Shown piece after piece: positions 34,821 to 47,769 of a stretch of DNA of 64,000 bases. Under the pieces are notes generated by a model, which saw nothing but the letters and a program-made list of their open reading frames with translations, was not told the origin of the DNA and made no database searches. Where the stretch lies: NCBI GenBank assembly GCA_012295275.1, contig CM022669.1, positions 8,432,001 to 8,496,000 of the forward strand. The letters are read 5' to 3'. A program made the translations under genes and the position numbers. Positions within the stretch are counted from its first letter, which is position 1; every line of letters begins with the position of its first letter. The DNA comes from Chrysomallon squamiferum (Eukaryota > Animalia > Mollusca).

Positions 34821-36237
34821 AGAATTCTTTTATTCCATTATGGCTGTGGACTCTACAGACGAAACTAAAATTTAGAGACCTTTATTAAAAACAATAAAAT
34901 TACTAACTTCGTTTCAGTAGAACTTTTCCAGCAGGCATTGTTCAGTTTACTTACAGGCCTCTCTGTGTAACTGTTTTGTTTTTTGTTTTTATTTTTAACA
35001 GTTACTGTTGGTAAGCATTGTGTTGATATTAAGTAATTGTAGACAGTCAGTAAATATTTTTAAAGACAAAACTTGAAAATCATAGAAAAAATAATTTATG
35101 TAAATAAGCAGCAAAAATAACATTTAAAATATACAACAACAACAAAAACAACAATATATGCCCAAACATAACAGGATTTATATTAATTTCAACAAACAAC
35201 AACAAAAGTCTCACCAAAATTAATATGATAATGATGAATGGTGTTGATGATAATGAAGTTAATGATGTTGGTAATAATGATACTGAAGATGCTGATGATG
35301 GTAATGATTATAATGGTGATGACTATGAGATAAATAAGGACAAGTAAAAAATAACAGATATGTAGGACAGTTCTGTGAGATGCCGTAAAGCTGAAGGAGG
35401 TAGATAAATAATAGATGTTGTAATATTTCTTTATTGATGTTACACACGAACAGGTGAGATATCACTGTTATGTCATCACCTGATACAGGTAAACAACACA
35501 CATTTTCATATTACAGAGACACAAAATATTTATATATATACATACACACAGACACTCATACATATTCGTACATATACGTTTGTAAACAACACTTTCATTG
35601 TTAGGCTATTCCATAGACTTGTATATCACAAGTATGTTTACCTATAGAAGCACATAAATATTTATACATATACGTACATACACACAAACACTCATAAATA
35701 TTTATACATATACATACATACATACACACATACACACACAAAAATACAACAAACACATATGCTCTAATATACTAGTAATCATTTATACTTCAATACTTCT
35801 CCACACAAGCATAAAGAGATATTTATGCAAACTTTCACACATATTTATATATACACACATGTACACATAAACCTACAGGCTTTAACAATCATATTCACTG
35901 TGATACTATACCATGCACATACAGACATTTAAACAAACTCTCACACACACACACACACACACACACACAGGCAGACATACAAAACAGTCAACACAAATTA
36001 ATCGGGCTGTGAATCAGTCAGTATGTGATGTTGATGATGTCTGATTTCATAATATGCTCCCAGAAGAACTATTTTCTGAACAATTACTTTTTTTTTAACA
36101 TTTTTCATCACTTCTCCATTAGGTATGACACTGACAATCACATACAGGTTAAAGAGTGCTGTTTGGAATGGCTCTAAATAAATAAACAAAATAAATGAAT
36201 ATATATATTCATTTATTTTGTTTATGTATTTTTGTAT

Positions 36238-36307
<70 letters not shown>

Positions 36308-37145
36308 TATAGATATAACTGTGTATGTATGTGTGTGTAATTTAAATAATACTAATGCAGAAAAACAAAACAAATCGCTCACAAAAAAAAAAAAAATAAA
36401 AAAAATTTATATAAAAATTAATATTAATAAAATGAATATAGTTTAAATTTTATTAAATTTAAAAAAAAAAAAAACCAAAAACAATATTAACAACATCAAA
36501 ATTAAACAAGAAAACAAATATTTATATAAAACAAAATAAACGTTAAAATTAAGAATGGAAAAATAATAATAGAAACTTAAATAGCTAGCTAGATAGATAG
36601 GTAAACAAATAAATAAATAAATAAATAAAAATATCTCTGACTTAACAAAACATGTTGATGATAGAATGAAATGAAAATCTGACAAAACACTCTCTAGGGT
36701 GTGTAATAAAAACTAATACTGAACAGGTCTGAAAACAGCCAGTAAATGACAAACCAAAAAGAGAAACCCTTTGTGGAATGACAGAACATAAGATATGAAT
36801 ATTTAATGTGTGTCAGACTTGGTTAAACATTTTTTCATTTTAACATAAAGTGTTTCGAAATTTCAGTTCTTGGTGGGGGTTTTTGAGTAACAGATTACAA
36901 CAGTCACATGATTGTCAGGTGACTAAATACATTAACCCCAACCTCAGAATCAACAGTGTAAAAATCTTACCACCTGGTGGTAAGATCTGGGGTAAAAAAT
37001 TTATTCTAGCTTTTGATCAGAAATGACTGGACTAACATTCTTACACAGTAACTCTCTCTTCTCTCAAATTTACTACCATATTAATATTTTAAAAATAAAA
37101 AAATTATAAAAGAAAAAATAATAATGAAAATAAATAAACAAAAAT

Positions 37146-37180
<35 letters not shown>

Positions 37181-37209
37181 GATAAAAAAATAAATAAATA
37201 AAAAAATAA

Positions 37210-37765
37210 AAAAGATGTAGAATCTCTACAGACGTTTTTCTTTCTAACATGAATGTAGGTCTAACAAGGGATGTGTATTTTCTCTACCAGTTGTCTTTTC
37301 TTTAATTTACTAACATACTAACATCATTATTGAAATCAATGGAAGGTGTAAGACAAACTACACTTTCTCTTTTCTTGTTTACTAAAATAATAACATTAAA
37401 TGTACATTCTCTTCTGTCTAAAAAATGATATGATTAGATAAGTAAAAAAAAGTTGTAAGACATCTGCACTCTCTTTTCCCTAATCTACTAACATACTAAC
37501 ATTAATTGAAAAACATTGACCAGTGAGGCATATTATTTCTAAACACTCTTTTAAAGGATTAACTCACTAACATTATTACAGAACTAACAAAAAAAATGCA
37601 GACATCTACAGACTCTCTTGTCTCCAACTCACTAACTCACTAACACTGATACAAAACTAACTGCGAGCCGTATCCCCTCTGTTCTCTCTAATTTACTAAC
37701 ACACTAACATTATTACTGAACTAACTAGGAAAAGATTTATCTCTGTTGATTTACAAATTTACTAG
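37210..37765. repeat. Old degenerate tandem repeat rich in ACTAAC
   Basis: Recurrent CTCTTTTC..TAATTTACTAACATACTAACATT-type units. Confidence 0.65.
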
Positions 37766-38299
37766 AGTGTGAGACCCATGGCATACATGCTTGAACATTT
37801 AGTGAAAACAGTTCAATATACTGACTAGGTCAGACAGGTTAATGACTGAGCTACACAGACTGGGTCACATTGTCTCCCATTGACAGAGTATATTCAGTTT
37901 TTTGTCAGTGAAATAATAATGATTTATTAATAAAACGAATATAACACAAGTATTGAAAAATAAAATAAAAGAGCAATAAAATGAAAGATGAAAAATAAGA
38001 TGAAACAGTAAAAATAAAATAAAAATAAAAATAAAATAAAACAGTACAAATAAATTGAAAAGTTAAAAACTAAAACAGTAAAAAATAAATGAAAAGAAAA
38101 AATTAATAATGGGACAAAAATATAATGAAAAATAAAAAGTTAATAGATAATGAAATTGCAATAACCATAAAATAAAAAAGAGGTAATGTTTCTTAAGGTG
38201 AAATAAAATAACAAATAAAACTAATATTAAAGAAAAATCAAAAATCAAATTAAAGGCCTAATACTAGTGATTAAATAAACTGAATGAATAAACAGTACA

Positions 38300-38308
38300 T
38301 GTAGTGGC

Positions 38309-38340
<32 letters not shown>

Positions 38341-38745
38341 CAGCAGTAGTAGCAATTGATGTAGTAGTAATAATAAAAGTAGTATTAGGTAATAAATAGT
38401 TGTTTTAGTTCTTAGCAGTAGGAGTAGTAGCCATTACAGTTGAAGTAGTAGTAGTAATAATAATAGCTGTAGTTGTAGTTGTTGGTGTTGTGGTAGAAGT
38501 AGCAGTAGTAGCAGCAGTATGGTTGAAGTAGTAGAATTATAATAGAAGTATTTTTAGTAAAAGCAGTAGTAGTAGTAGTCATAATAGTAGTACTAACAGT
38601 TATGATAGTAGTAGTGGTAGTGGCAGTTGTAGTAGTAGTAATAGTAAAAGTGTTAGTACTAGTAGTGTTTACTGAAGCAGTACTAGTCACAGTAAGTAAA
38701 AACAGAAGCAGTAGTAGCAGTGGAAGTAGAAGTGGTGGAAGTAGT
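38300..38745. repeat. Degenerate (AGT)n array
   Basis: Direct inspection; similar arrays at ~42785-42930, 45545-45770 (ACT orientation) and 51115-51335. Confidence 0.85.
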
Positions 38746-39494
38746 TCACATTTGCTCAGCGACAGTAAGTAAACATGAAACATGAAATAATCACTGACAC
38801 AAAAAGTCAGAAAGTTGCTTTAATTTCAGCTTGTAACAAAAACGTCTATGTTCTTTGTTTAACCCTCAGTGAGAAAAATTAAGTCACATGACTGTGAGTT
38901 TTTTTGTGATTTACTCAAACCTGTTTGTGTTTCACTGGAGCTCAAAGCCATATCTCATCAGCTCTATCAGAATGTTTGAGGATGAAATGAGATTTTTTTT
39001 TCTTCTTTTTTTTAACTGAATATGAAATCAATAAGTTTCCAATTTTGATGACAATTAATTTTGAAAACTGGACAAGATGTCTGAGTTATGAGAGTTTTGT
39101 TAAACAAATATATCTGTAATGTAAACATTTGTTACATTTTTTAAAAATTTTAATCAATTATAAACATTAGGAGGTTGAGATGTTGGTATATTTATTTAAA
39201 TCTCAAAACAGAAAAAAACATTTTAAAGTAAAAATAGATAAATATAAAATTAACATATTCACCAGTAAACAGAATATCTTTTGTTTGATAACAAAGAATA
39301 AATATTATTTAAAAAATAATAACAATTATTATACTCATTAAACCCCCCTTTTTTTTTTTTTTTTTTTTAAATCTGATATTAAAGAGAAAAAAAAAAAAAA
39401 AAAAAAAAACAAACAAAGATTCTGCCAGAAAAACAATAACTTATTCTTTTTGGATGACAGCAAATACTATTTTTTTTCCTTCATCTTCCTGCAG

Positions 39495-39585
39495 TTAGGA
39501 AACAACACAATGTTTTTATACCAGCAATAGGAGTCTTGTTAGAATGGGAAATAGGCCAGTGTGAACAGAGAGAAGGATTGATCTT
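39495..39585 (-). mobile_element. SINE fragment
   Basis: TTTTATACCAGC...AGAATGGGAAATAGGCCAGTG...GGATTGATC. Confidence 0.4.
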
Positions 39586-40007
39586 GTTGCTAACAAGCAA
39601 CAGTTTTCTACCTGTCCTTGAAAGTATTACATTGAAAAGGTCTTTAGTCTTTAGTCTTTAGTTTTGTGATAAATAAAAACTAAATCTTTTTATTCTGCTG
39701 CTAAAAAAAAAAAAAACATATAAATAAATAAAGAGTATTTAAAGCTGAACGTGAAAGCTATAACAGTAACCATACAATAACTTGTTTTGTTGTCTAGATA
39801 TGATGTCAATAGGTTAGCTGAACAATGCAAACATACTCAGAGAAACATACACACACACACACATCAGAGAGAAAAAAAGAAAGAGAAACATTAATAAATA
39901 AATAAAAATCTAACAAAACAATAAAAATGTTCAAAATCGTGTGATATTACCGCGGGTAAATTATCACATTAAAAAAATCTCCTAATACAAAATTCAGCTG
40001 TCCTTTT

Positions 40008-40048
<41 letters not shown>

Positions 40049-41499
40049 CCCCCAATACCATTCTGGAGCAACAAACAATGGACACTGAATTAACAAGTTA
40101 TGATTGATACGCATGCACTATTCCCAGGACACATATCCTCATCAAAGTATTATTTCCCTTCAATATTCGGATTGATTCTCCACACGGTAACCGAGCAGAA
40201 CACTTCGTGTTTGTTTAGTAGTACTGTCACAACGACAGAGTGATCTGCCCCAACCTGACAGTACTAAAAGCAGGACTTGCCAGCAGTAAAAACACGGCAC
40301 TGCTGAATAACGGACAGCCTGAAGCAATACTAAAATGCAGTTAATGCTAATTGTAAATTATGCAGATGAACTCTGAGAGCTAACGTCCTCATCATTTAGC
40401 AGATGTGAGGTTCTGAATTCTTCAACCAGAACATCTGGAAATTTGTAAGTTTATTTTAATTATTCTCTTTGTGGTTTGTTTTATTTTGTGTTTTATTTTA
40501 TTTATTTTTTTTGACAAAATGAAATGTGTAATTTTAAAATTCAAATGAGTAAATAGGATAAAAAAAAAAAAAAAAAATAAAAATAAAAATAAAAATAAAA
40601 AAAATGGATATAAACAAGTAAATAAACAAACAAACAAATAAATAAAATAAAACTTATTGAGGAAAAGATTTATGTTGAATAATAGTTTTTCAACTTTTAA
40701 AAATGGATATCACGAATATTTAAAGTATGGTTTAGTCATTCGGTTTCTAATTTTTAAAAATAAATATTAATTTAACATTTTAATAATTAAATAAATACAG
40801 TTAGTATGTAAGAAAATAAATAAAAGTCATCACAGAAATTATTTAAATAAAACAATTTTTTTTTTTTTAAATTTAAATATTTATAAAAGATTAAAAAAAT
40901 AAATAAAAAAAAAAAAAAAAAAATTTTAAAATCTCGTTCAACTTTTTAAATAGTTAATCTCATTGTTTTTTTCTTTATTTTTTTATTTTATTTAAAAGGT
41001 CAGACCTGATTTTTTTTTTTTTTTTTTTCCATTTCTTTTTGGATTTAACCTAATACTTGACAAACCTTACAATATCAAAGATCTTTTGATCTGTTTGTTT
41101 TAGGCAGAAATACAATTTTTTGTTCTTCTTTTTGATATTTTGTTTATTTTTATTAAGATTAATTCGTTCAGCAACTCTCTCTCTCTATGAGGCAAGCAAG
41201 TATTTTCATAAGATATATATATATTTCTTTTTTTGATCACATGACAACCCATTCTCAAATATATTTTTTTTCTGTGTAAACAACTGCAAAGTTTGTCTGT
41301 GAATCTGTCATGTTTATCTAATATTGATGTTATAGGAAGACAAAAGTCAAATAAATTTAAAGTTTTTGTTTAACAAGATAAAAATGTGTATTGATTTCAG
41401 CCAGTTTAAACAAGTGTATTGCTTTAGAACAAACAGAGCAGGTTGAGATACGACAGAACACAAATCTTCTACAGATTCTTGATTTTATCTTGAACACAG

Positions 41500-41805
41500 T
41501 CTGTGCACAGCTCAGTGGTTAGAGCACAGGACTGAAGTATGGGAGGTACTAGGATCAATACTGTTCTGTGCACCTTCTGGAATATTTCCATTATTGCACA
41601 GTATTACATAGCTGATTATCAAAAAAACATATTTTGTACTTATGAGTAGTAGGTGCTTGTAAAAGATTCCTTGTTGCTAATTCCAGAAAAGAGTTGCCCA
41701 CTCTGTGGTAATTTTTCTTCCTCTGTTTTTTTCCCTTGATTATAAATAGTGATGCTGTAATGATTAAAAATATGTGGAGTGCTTCATTATACAAAACATT
41801 GTTCT
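41500..41805 (+). mobile_element. tRNA-derived SINE, near full length, decayed (core resembles Deu/Nin-type mollusc SINEs)
   Basis: Pol III A-box-like AGCTCAGTGGTTAGAGC, B-box-like AGGATCAATAC, central block GGTGCTTGTAAAAGATTCCTTGTTGCTAAT..GAAAAGAGTTGCCCA and tail GAGTGCTTCATTATACAAAACATT. The core is shared with other copies in the window; family assignment is from recall of mollusc SINE consensus, not a search. Confidence 0.7.
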
Positions 41806-43468
41806 GTGTCATTTTATCTTGAATATTCCCGATTTTTAACAAAATTTTGTTTCGAGATCTTAGAAATTAACTGTTGTTAAATTTTGTTAATTATGTTTGT
41901 CTTTTTTTTTTTTTTATTGTTCTAAAAAAAAATAAACAAATCGTTCATCCAGAATATAAATAAATAAAGATATGTAAATAAATAAATAAATAAATAAATA
42001 AACGAAACGAAACGAAACGAAACGAAACGAAAGAAAGAAATAAAGAAACGATAAAAGAAAAAAATATTTAAAAAAAAAACAACTGAGAATGATGTATAAC
42101 CAGAAGTTATAAAAGAAAGAAGGAAAGAAATAAAAGGAAAAAAAGAAAAAAAAAAAGAAGGACAGGAAGATAAAAATTGAGAATGATGTATAACGAAATG
42201 TTTTAAAAGACTTTTTTTCTTTTTTCTGACACCTGAAAGGAACTATCTTTAAAACCGAAAAATAAAAACGTAAAAAAAATGTTTTCAAAATAAATCAGAA
42301 GTGATTGTTAAGCTCTGACATCACTGGTATCTGAACGAGGCTAATATGATCTGTTTCTAGTGGGCAACAAAGACGCCATATTGTTTCTGACACTATCTCT
42401 GTGAGCAGATGTTGAAGTCAGGAAACTGCAAAACAACAAATGTTTACACAACACAAAACATATTTAAAACACAACTAGATTATACATGTCACAATTCAAA
42501 CACAGATATTTTTTTTTCTTCTTCTTTTTCATTATTATTTTTTAAAAACGTTTTTTTCTTCTTTTTTTTTTTTGGTTATTGTAACTTCAATTTTTATTTT
42601 TATTATTTTTTGTAATTTGTTTTTATTATCTTGTTTTTATTGCAGTGTATTTAATTTTAAGATTTTTTTTGTGTAGAAAAAAACCACGATTCATTCAGTA
42701 AAATCTTTTTTAATGTATTAGTTTCCTCATTGTAACTTTTTTTTTTTTTTCTAAAATAAAACTACTTAACAAGAGATAATAACTGTAGTAGTAGTAGTAG
42801 TAGTAGTAGTAAGAGCAGAAGCACTATCAGCAATGGTATAATAGAAGTATAAAAACAGAAATGTAGCACCAGTAATGGTAACAGCAGTAGTCGTAGAGGT
42901 CGTAGTAGGAGTAGCAGAAATAGTAGCAGCCATAAAAACCAAAAAAAAATAAAAAATTTAAAAATAAAAATAAAATTACAGGAAATTTGTAAAGAAATGA
43001 AAACAGAAATAAATATAATTTCACCAAACCAAGTTTTTTCAAGAAGGGTTAATTGGCCTATAAATTAAAATACATCATTAAGGAGGAGGTGTTTTTTTTT
43101 TTTTTTTTTTTTTTTTATTATTACACAGTGAAGTTTACAGCAAACTGAAAAATAATTCTGGTAAAATATGAGCGCTGTCAGGTCGCAAAATATTCCAGTC
43201 ATTTCCGCAGCTTTAAAAAGTAACGTACTACACGCGGGTTCTTAGCAGTCAACCAGGGCTGTTCTGCATGGGAGCCGACTCGCAAATACTCGTATAATTA
43301 ACTGCTTCATCTATCACGATGAATTATGAACTGAATTTAGAATGATATTAGCACAGTAAACCGTGCCAGAGAGTAAGAGAAGGATATCTTGAAAAAGATG
43401 AATTATGAACGACATTTAGGGTAATAAATGACATGAGAATTTTAAAGAGAGAGAAAGAGAGAGGGAGG

Positions 43469-43540
<72 letters not shown>

Positions 43541-43554
43541 AGAGAGAGAGAGAG

Positions 43555-43610
43555 AATGAATGAATGAATGAATGAACGAATGGATGTTTAACGACACCCG
43601 AGCTTAAAAA
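43555..43610 (-). mobile_element. SINE 3' tail fragment with (GAAT)n end
   Basis: (GAAT)n followed by GTTTAACGACACCCGAGC, a layout typical of a reverse-oriented SINE tail ending in a simple repeat. Confidence 0.45.
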
Positions 43611-44062
43611 ATTGGAGGAAGAGAAGACAAAGAAAAAAAAAAAAAAAAAAAAAGACATAGAGATAGGAGAGAGAAAAAAAAAGAGAAATGGAGAAAAAGA
43701 AATGAAGGAATATGAAAAACAAATTATGAATGACATTTTGAAATATATTTGCGTACTAAATTAACAAACAGTGAGAGAGAAAATGATAGTTTTCGAAACT
43801 AGTTATGAAAGGTATTTAGTGACACAAGATAAAATGATATAACCGAGAAGAGAGAAAAAATGTTAAAAACAAATTACAAATGACATTCAGAATAATACAA
43901 CCGCACCAAATAGACACAGAGTGAGAGAAAAAATAGATGGACAACAGAGAGGGAGAGGGAGAGGGAAAGAGAGGGAGATAGAGAGAGAGATCTTAAAAGA
44001 GGGATTATGAGCAACTTTTTTTAATGATCTTAGAAGACTAACATGTGAGATAAAAAAGAAAG

Positions 44063-44096
<34 letters not shown>

Positions 44097-44350
44097 TGAA
44101 TTGATGAAAAAAGTAAGGCAGACATTTAATGTGGCTCTTTTCCCCTTGCAGAAAGAAAGCATGACATGTTTTAGAGAGAAATAAATTATCTTCTACATTC
44201 CAGCAGTCACACTTTGTAAATGCTTACAAGTGAAACAAAAATCTATGTGCTAACTTAATATTACGATCACAGTTATATGGAGGCTTACAGGATCTCATTT
44301 TAAAAACTTGAAGAAAAAGTTCCGTTATTTCTAAATGATGGTCCATAAAT

Positions 44351-44399
<49 letters not shown>

Positions 44400-44553
44400 C
44401 TACTCAAACAAAAATCCTATTTTTCCTGATGTTTCTTAAAACATGTAAATTAAATTTAAAGGAACTGTTATCATGGTTTTATATTTATTTTAAACTGTTT
44501 TAAACTATCTGCCAAGAACAGTAAATTTTAAATTATTATTTGCCATAAGTTGT

Positions 44554-44559
<6 letters not shown>

Positions 44560-44650
<91 letters not shown>
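44560..44650. repeat. (CT)n microsatellite
   Basis: Direct inspection; others at ~30044-30110, 43445-43555 (GA) and 63155-63280 (CT then AT). Confidence 0.95.
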
Positions 44651-44652
<2 letters not shown>

Positions 44653-46968
44653 TAATGTTGTTGCTGATGCTGAACATTTCATGATAATCTCCCTTTGCCT
44701 ATGACATACTTATCATACCCAAAATTCACTGCATAAATACACTGATATAACATATTCATTTAGGTCAGAGTAACAGAAAATGACGTATATAATCGTATAT
44801 AAAACATAAAAACAAAGAAAGAAACAAATTACCCCCTCAACAACAGAAAAAAAAAGAATACCAAACAACAAGAAAATAAAAATAAATAAATAATAAAAAG
44901 AAGAAATTGAAAGAAAGAAAAAAAAGAAAAAAAAAAAAGAAAAAAGGAAAAAGTATAAAAATTGATGTTATATTTTTATCACAATCAATATAAGAGCTTA
45001 CACAACACTTAATTTATCAATAGACTTTTATTTGTTTTTGTTTTTTTTATAATTCCTACGCACCCTCTAATTACTGAACATTGCAAACCTGATTCGTGTA
45101 ATCATGTCCACACTCGACATAAAAGAACATATGAAAAAAGCAGGTATTAATTTGCATTAAGAAGGATAATAATAATAATAATAATAATAACCAAACAAAA
45201 AATTAATCTAGCATTTTCAGGCTCGTTCGTAATCTTACATTATGGATTCAAAACAAGAAATAAAATAATGTGATTGTGAGGTTTAGGCGAAGTTAATTAT
45301 TACAAGTCATTAAACACTGAATATTTTAAATCACCCGTTTAACAGAATACTGCAAAAAATTAAAGAAAAAAAAAAAGAAAAAAAATAATATTAAGAATTT
45401 AGTCAAAACAAAGTGATTATTTGGCTGATAGTGTAAAATACTTTTAAAATGTTTTACAGATATTTATTTTGTGAAATAAGATAATAATAGTTTTAAAAAG
45501 AAAAAGGATAATGGAAACATTCTGCTGTTACTAATACTGATGTTGTCGCCAGTAGTATTCTACTAGCTCTGCTACTGCCACTACTGCCACTACTGCTACT
45601 ACTACAACTACTAACATTACTGCTACTCCTACTACTACTATTACTACAACTATACTACTTGTACTACTGCTAGTATTACTATAATAATATTACTACTACT
45701 ACTACAACTACTACTATTGTTACTACGTTTACTATTATTATTATTACCAGAGCTATTACTATTACTACTGCTTACACGAAAACGAAAACTAGCAACTGCA
45801 ACAACACAAAAAATAAAACAACAAAAATATTTAGCATATTTTTGGAAGGTTAGCTTGGTACGCAAGTAACAGTATACGTATACTTTTTCTTCTACTTTAT
45901 CTTTCTCTTTTTTTTTTTCCCCTTCCTTTTGTTTTTCTTTGTTTAAGCAAATAGCTCAGAATTAGTTTCATTAGTGTCATACGGCTTGCATGTTTTTATT
46001 ATTAGCAAGGAATATGACTGTCAGTTACGTAAACTGGCTGAAATGTATCAGGCAACAGTGCAGACATGTTTGAGAGTCAGAAAGATCCGGTGTAATTAAA
46101 AACATGTAATGTTGACAAAGCATGTTCGTACAACAGTCATACTCGATGAGAGAATGTTAACTAGGGATATCCGTATCTCAGCTTTCGAGTACGAGACAGG
46201 CTGCCTTTTTTGACAACGAATTCGTAAAATAATGTAGTTTTGAGTCATGGTTTCAATAGCTAATCGGATATGGCATTATATAATTGCATAATGAGTACAC
46301 GCATGGATGTGTGAGTGTTTGTGTGGGTTGAATGTGTAAAAAGTTAAATCATTTTTTTTTTGAAAAGAGTTTTAAAATGTTTATGATGTTCTGGAACAGA
46401 TCAGCTGCTTAAAACATTTCAGCCTACTGTTGTTGTTTTTATAAAAAAAAAATAAAAAAAAATAAAAACAGTATTAAAATGATATTGATATTACTAGTTT
46501 ATTTCTGTTGTTAACGCTTTTTTAATACTACAACAGCTACTTGGACATTTTTCTAGGGATATAGGCAGTTTAAATGGATAGAAGCTGCTATCAAGTACAG
46601 ATACCACCATTGTTTGTCTGTAGGCAATTTATATTAACAAGTCACAGGTAATTATTATTATTGACGTTGTTGATTCATGTATTGTTATTATTGTAATGTT
46701 AAAGTGCAGTTTTTCCCTGTGGCAAATACAATTTATGATAACGACATTTAAGCTATTACATCCTTGGAAAGTCAGATCAAATATTATTTCTGATATTATT
46801 ATTCTTTTTCCTCTTCGTTGTTGTTTTTATGGCACTGAACTCATATTTTATGCTGGCAACCTTTTTCTGATGTGCAAATATTATTTTGTCATACAGTAGT
46901 CTAGACGTATAAGTCATATACAATTGTGTTTGGTACATCATTTTGTGTGTGAAAAATTGTGTACCTGA

Positions 46969-47593
46969 TGACAACGTTATTTTGAGAGACTTTTTCAGTA
47001 GTATGTCAGACATTTGAAATGTGATATACGTTTTGAGCGTAACTCTGGTATCCTGCTTCTGAAGCAGTTTATTATTTTACGTAAGTAACGTTCCTAAGTG
47101 ACGAGTACATCATTATTTTTAAATTAAAACTAAACAGCGGTCACCTATCTGGTCTCTGCAGCTGGCAACGTTATTTTGAGAGAAATTCTCAGTCGTATGT
47201 CAGACAATTTGAAACGTGATAAACGTTTTGAGCGTAACTCTGGTATCCTGACAACGTTATTTTGAGAGAAATTCTCAGTCGTACGTCAGACAATTTGAAA
47301 CGTGATAAAAAGCGTAACTCTGGTATAAACGTTTTGAGTCGTATGTCAGACAATTTGAAACGTGATAAACGTTTTGAGCGTAACTCTGGTATCCTGACAA
47401 CGTTATTTTGAGAGAAATTCTCAGTCGTACGTCAGACATTTGAAACGTGATAAACGTTTTGAGCGTAACTCTGGTATCCTGCTTCTGAAGCGGTTTATTA
47501 TTTTACGTAAGTAACGTTCCTAAGTGACGAGTACATCATTATTTTTAAACTAAAACTAAACAGCGGTCACCTATCTGGTCTCTGCAGCTGGCA
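46969..47593. repeat. Complex recent tandem duplication (85-bp unit x5, 112-bp tail x2)
   Basis: CAACGTTATTTTGAGAG...CTCTGGTATCCTG repeated; tail CTTCTGAAGC...TCTGCAGCTGGCA at 47056-47167 and 47482-47593. Confidence 0.92.
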
Positions 47594-47733
47594 CGCGCTC
47601 TCCTTAGCAGTGCGCAGACGTCTTCGCAGACATTTTGAATACGTGCTGACATTTATAACTTGATTAAAATTAGATAAAGACTTCCTTCTCCAAATTTTGT
47701 GATTACGATGTTATTTGTATCTGCCTTTTTCTG

Positions 47734-47769
<36 letters not shown>

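Noticed and set aside
41501-41575. tRNA gene
   Set aside because: A-box is good but the T-arm/B-box is degenerate and the sequence continues into a SINE core; it is a SINE head.
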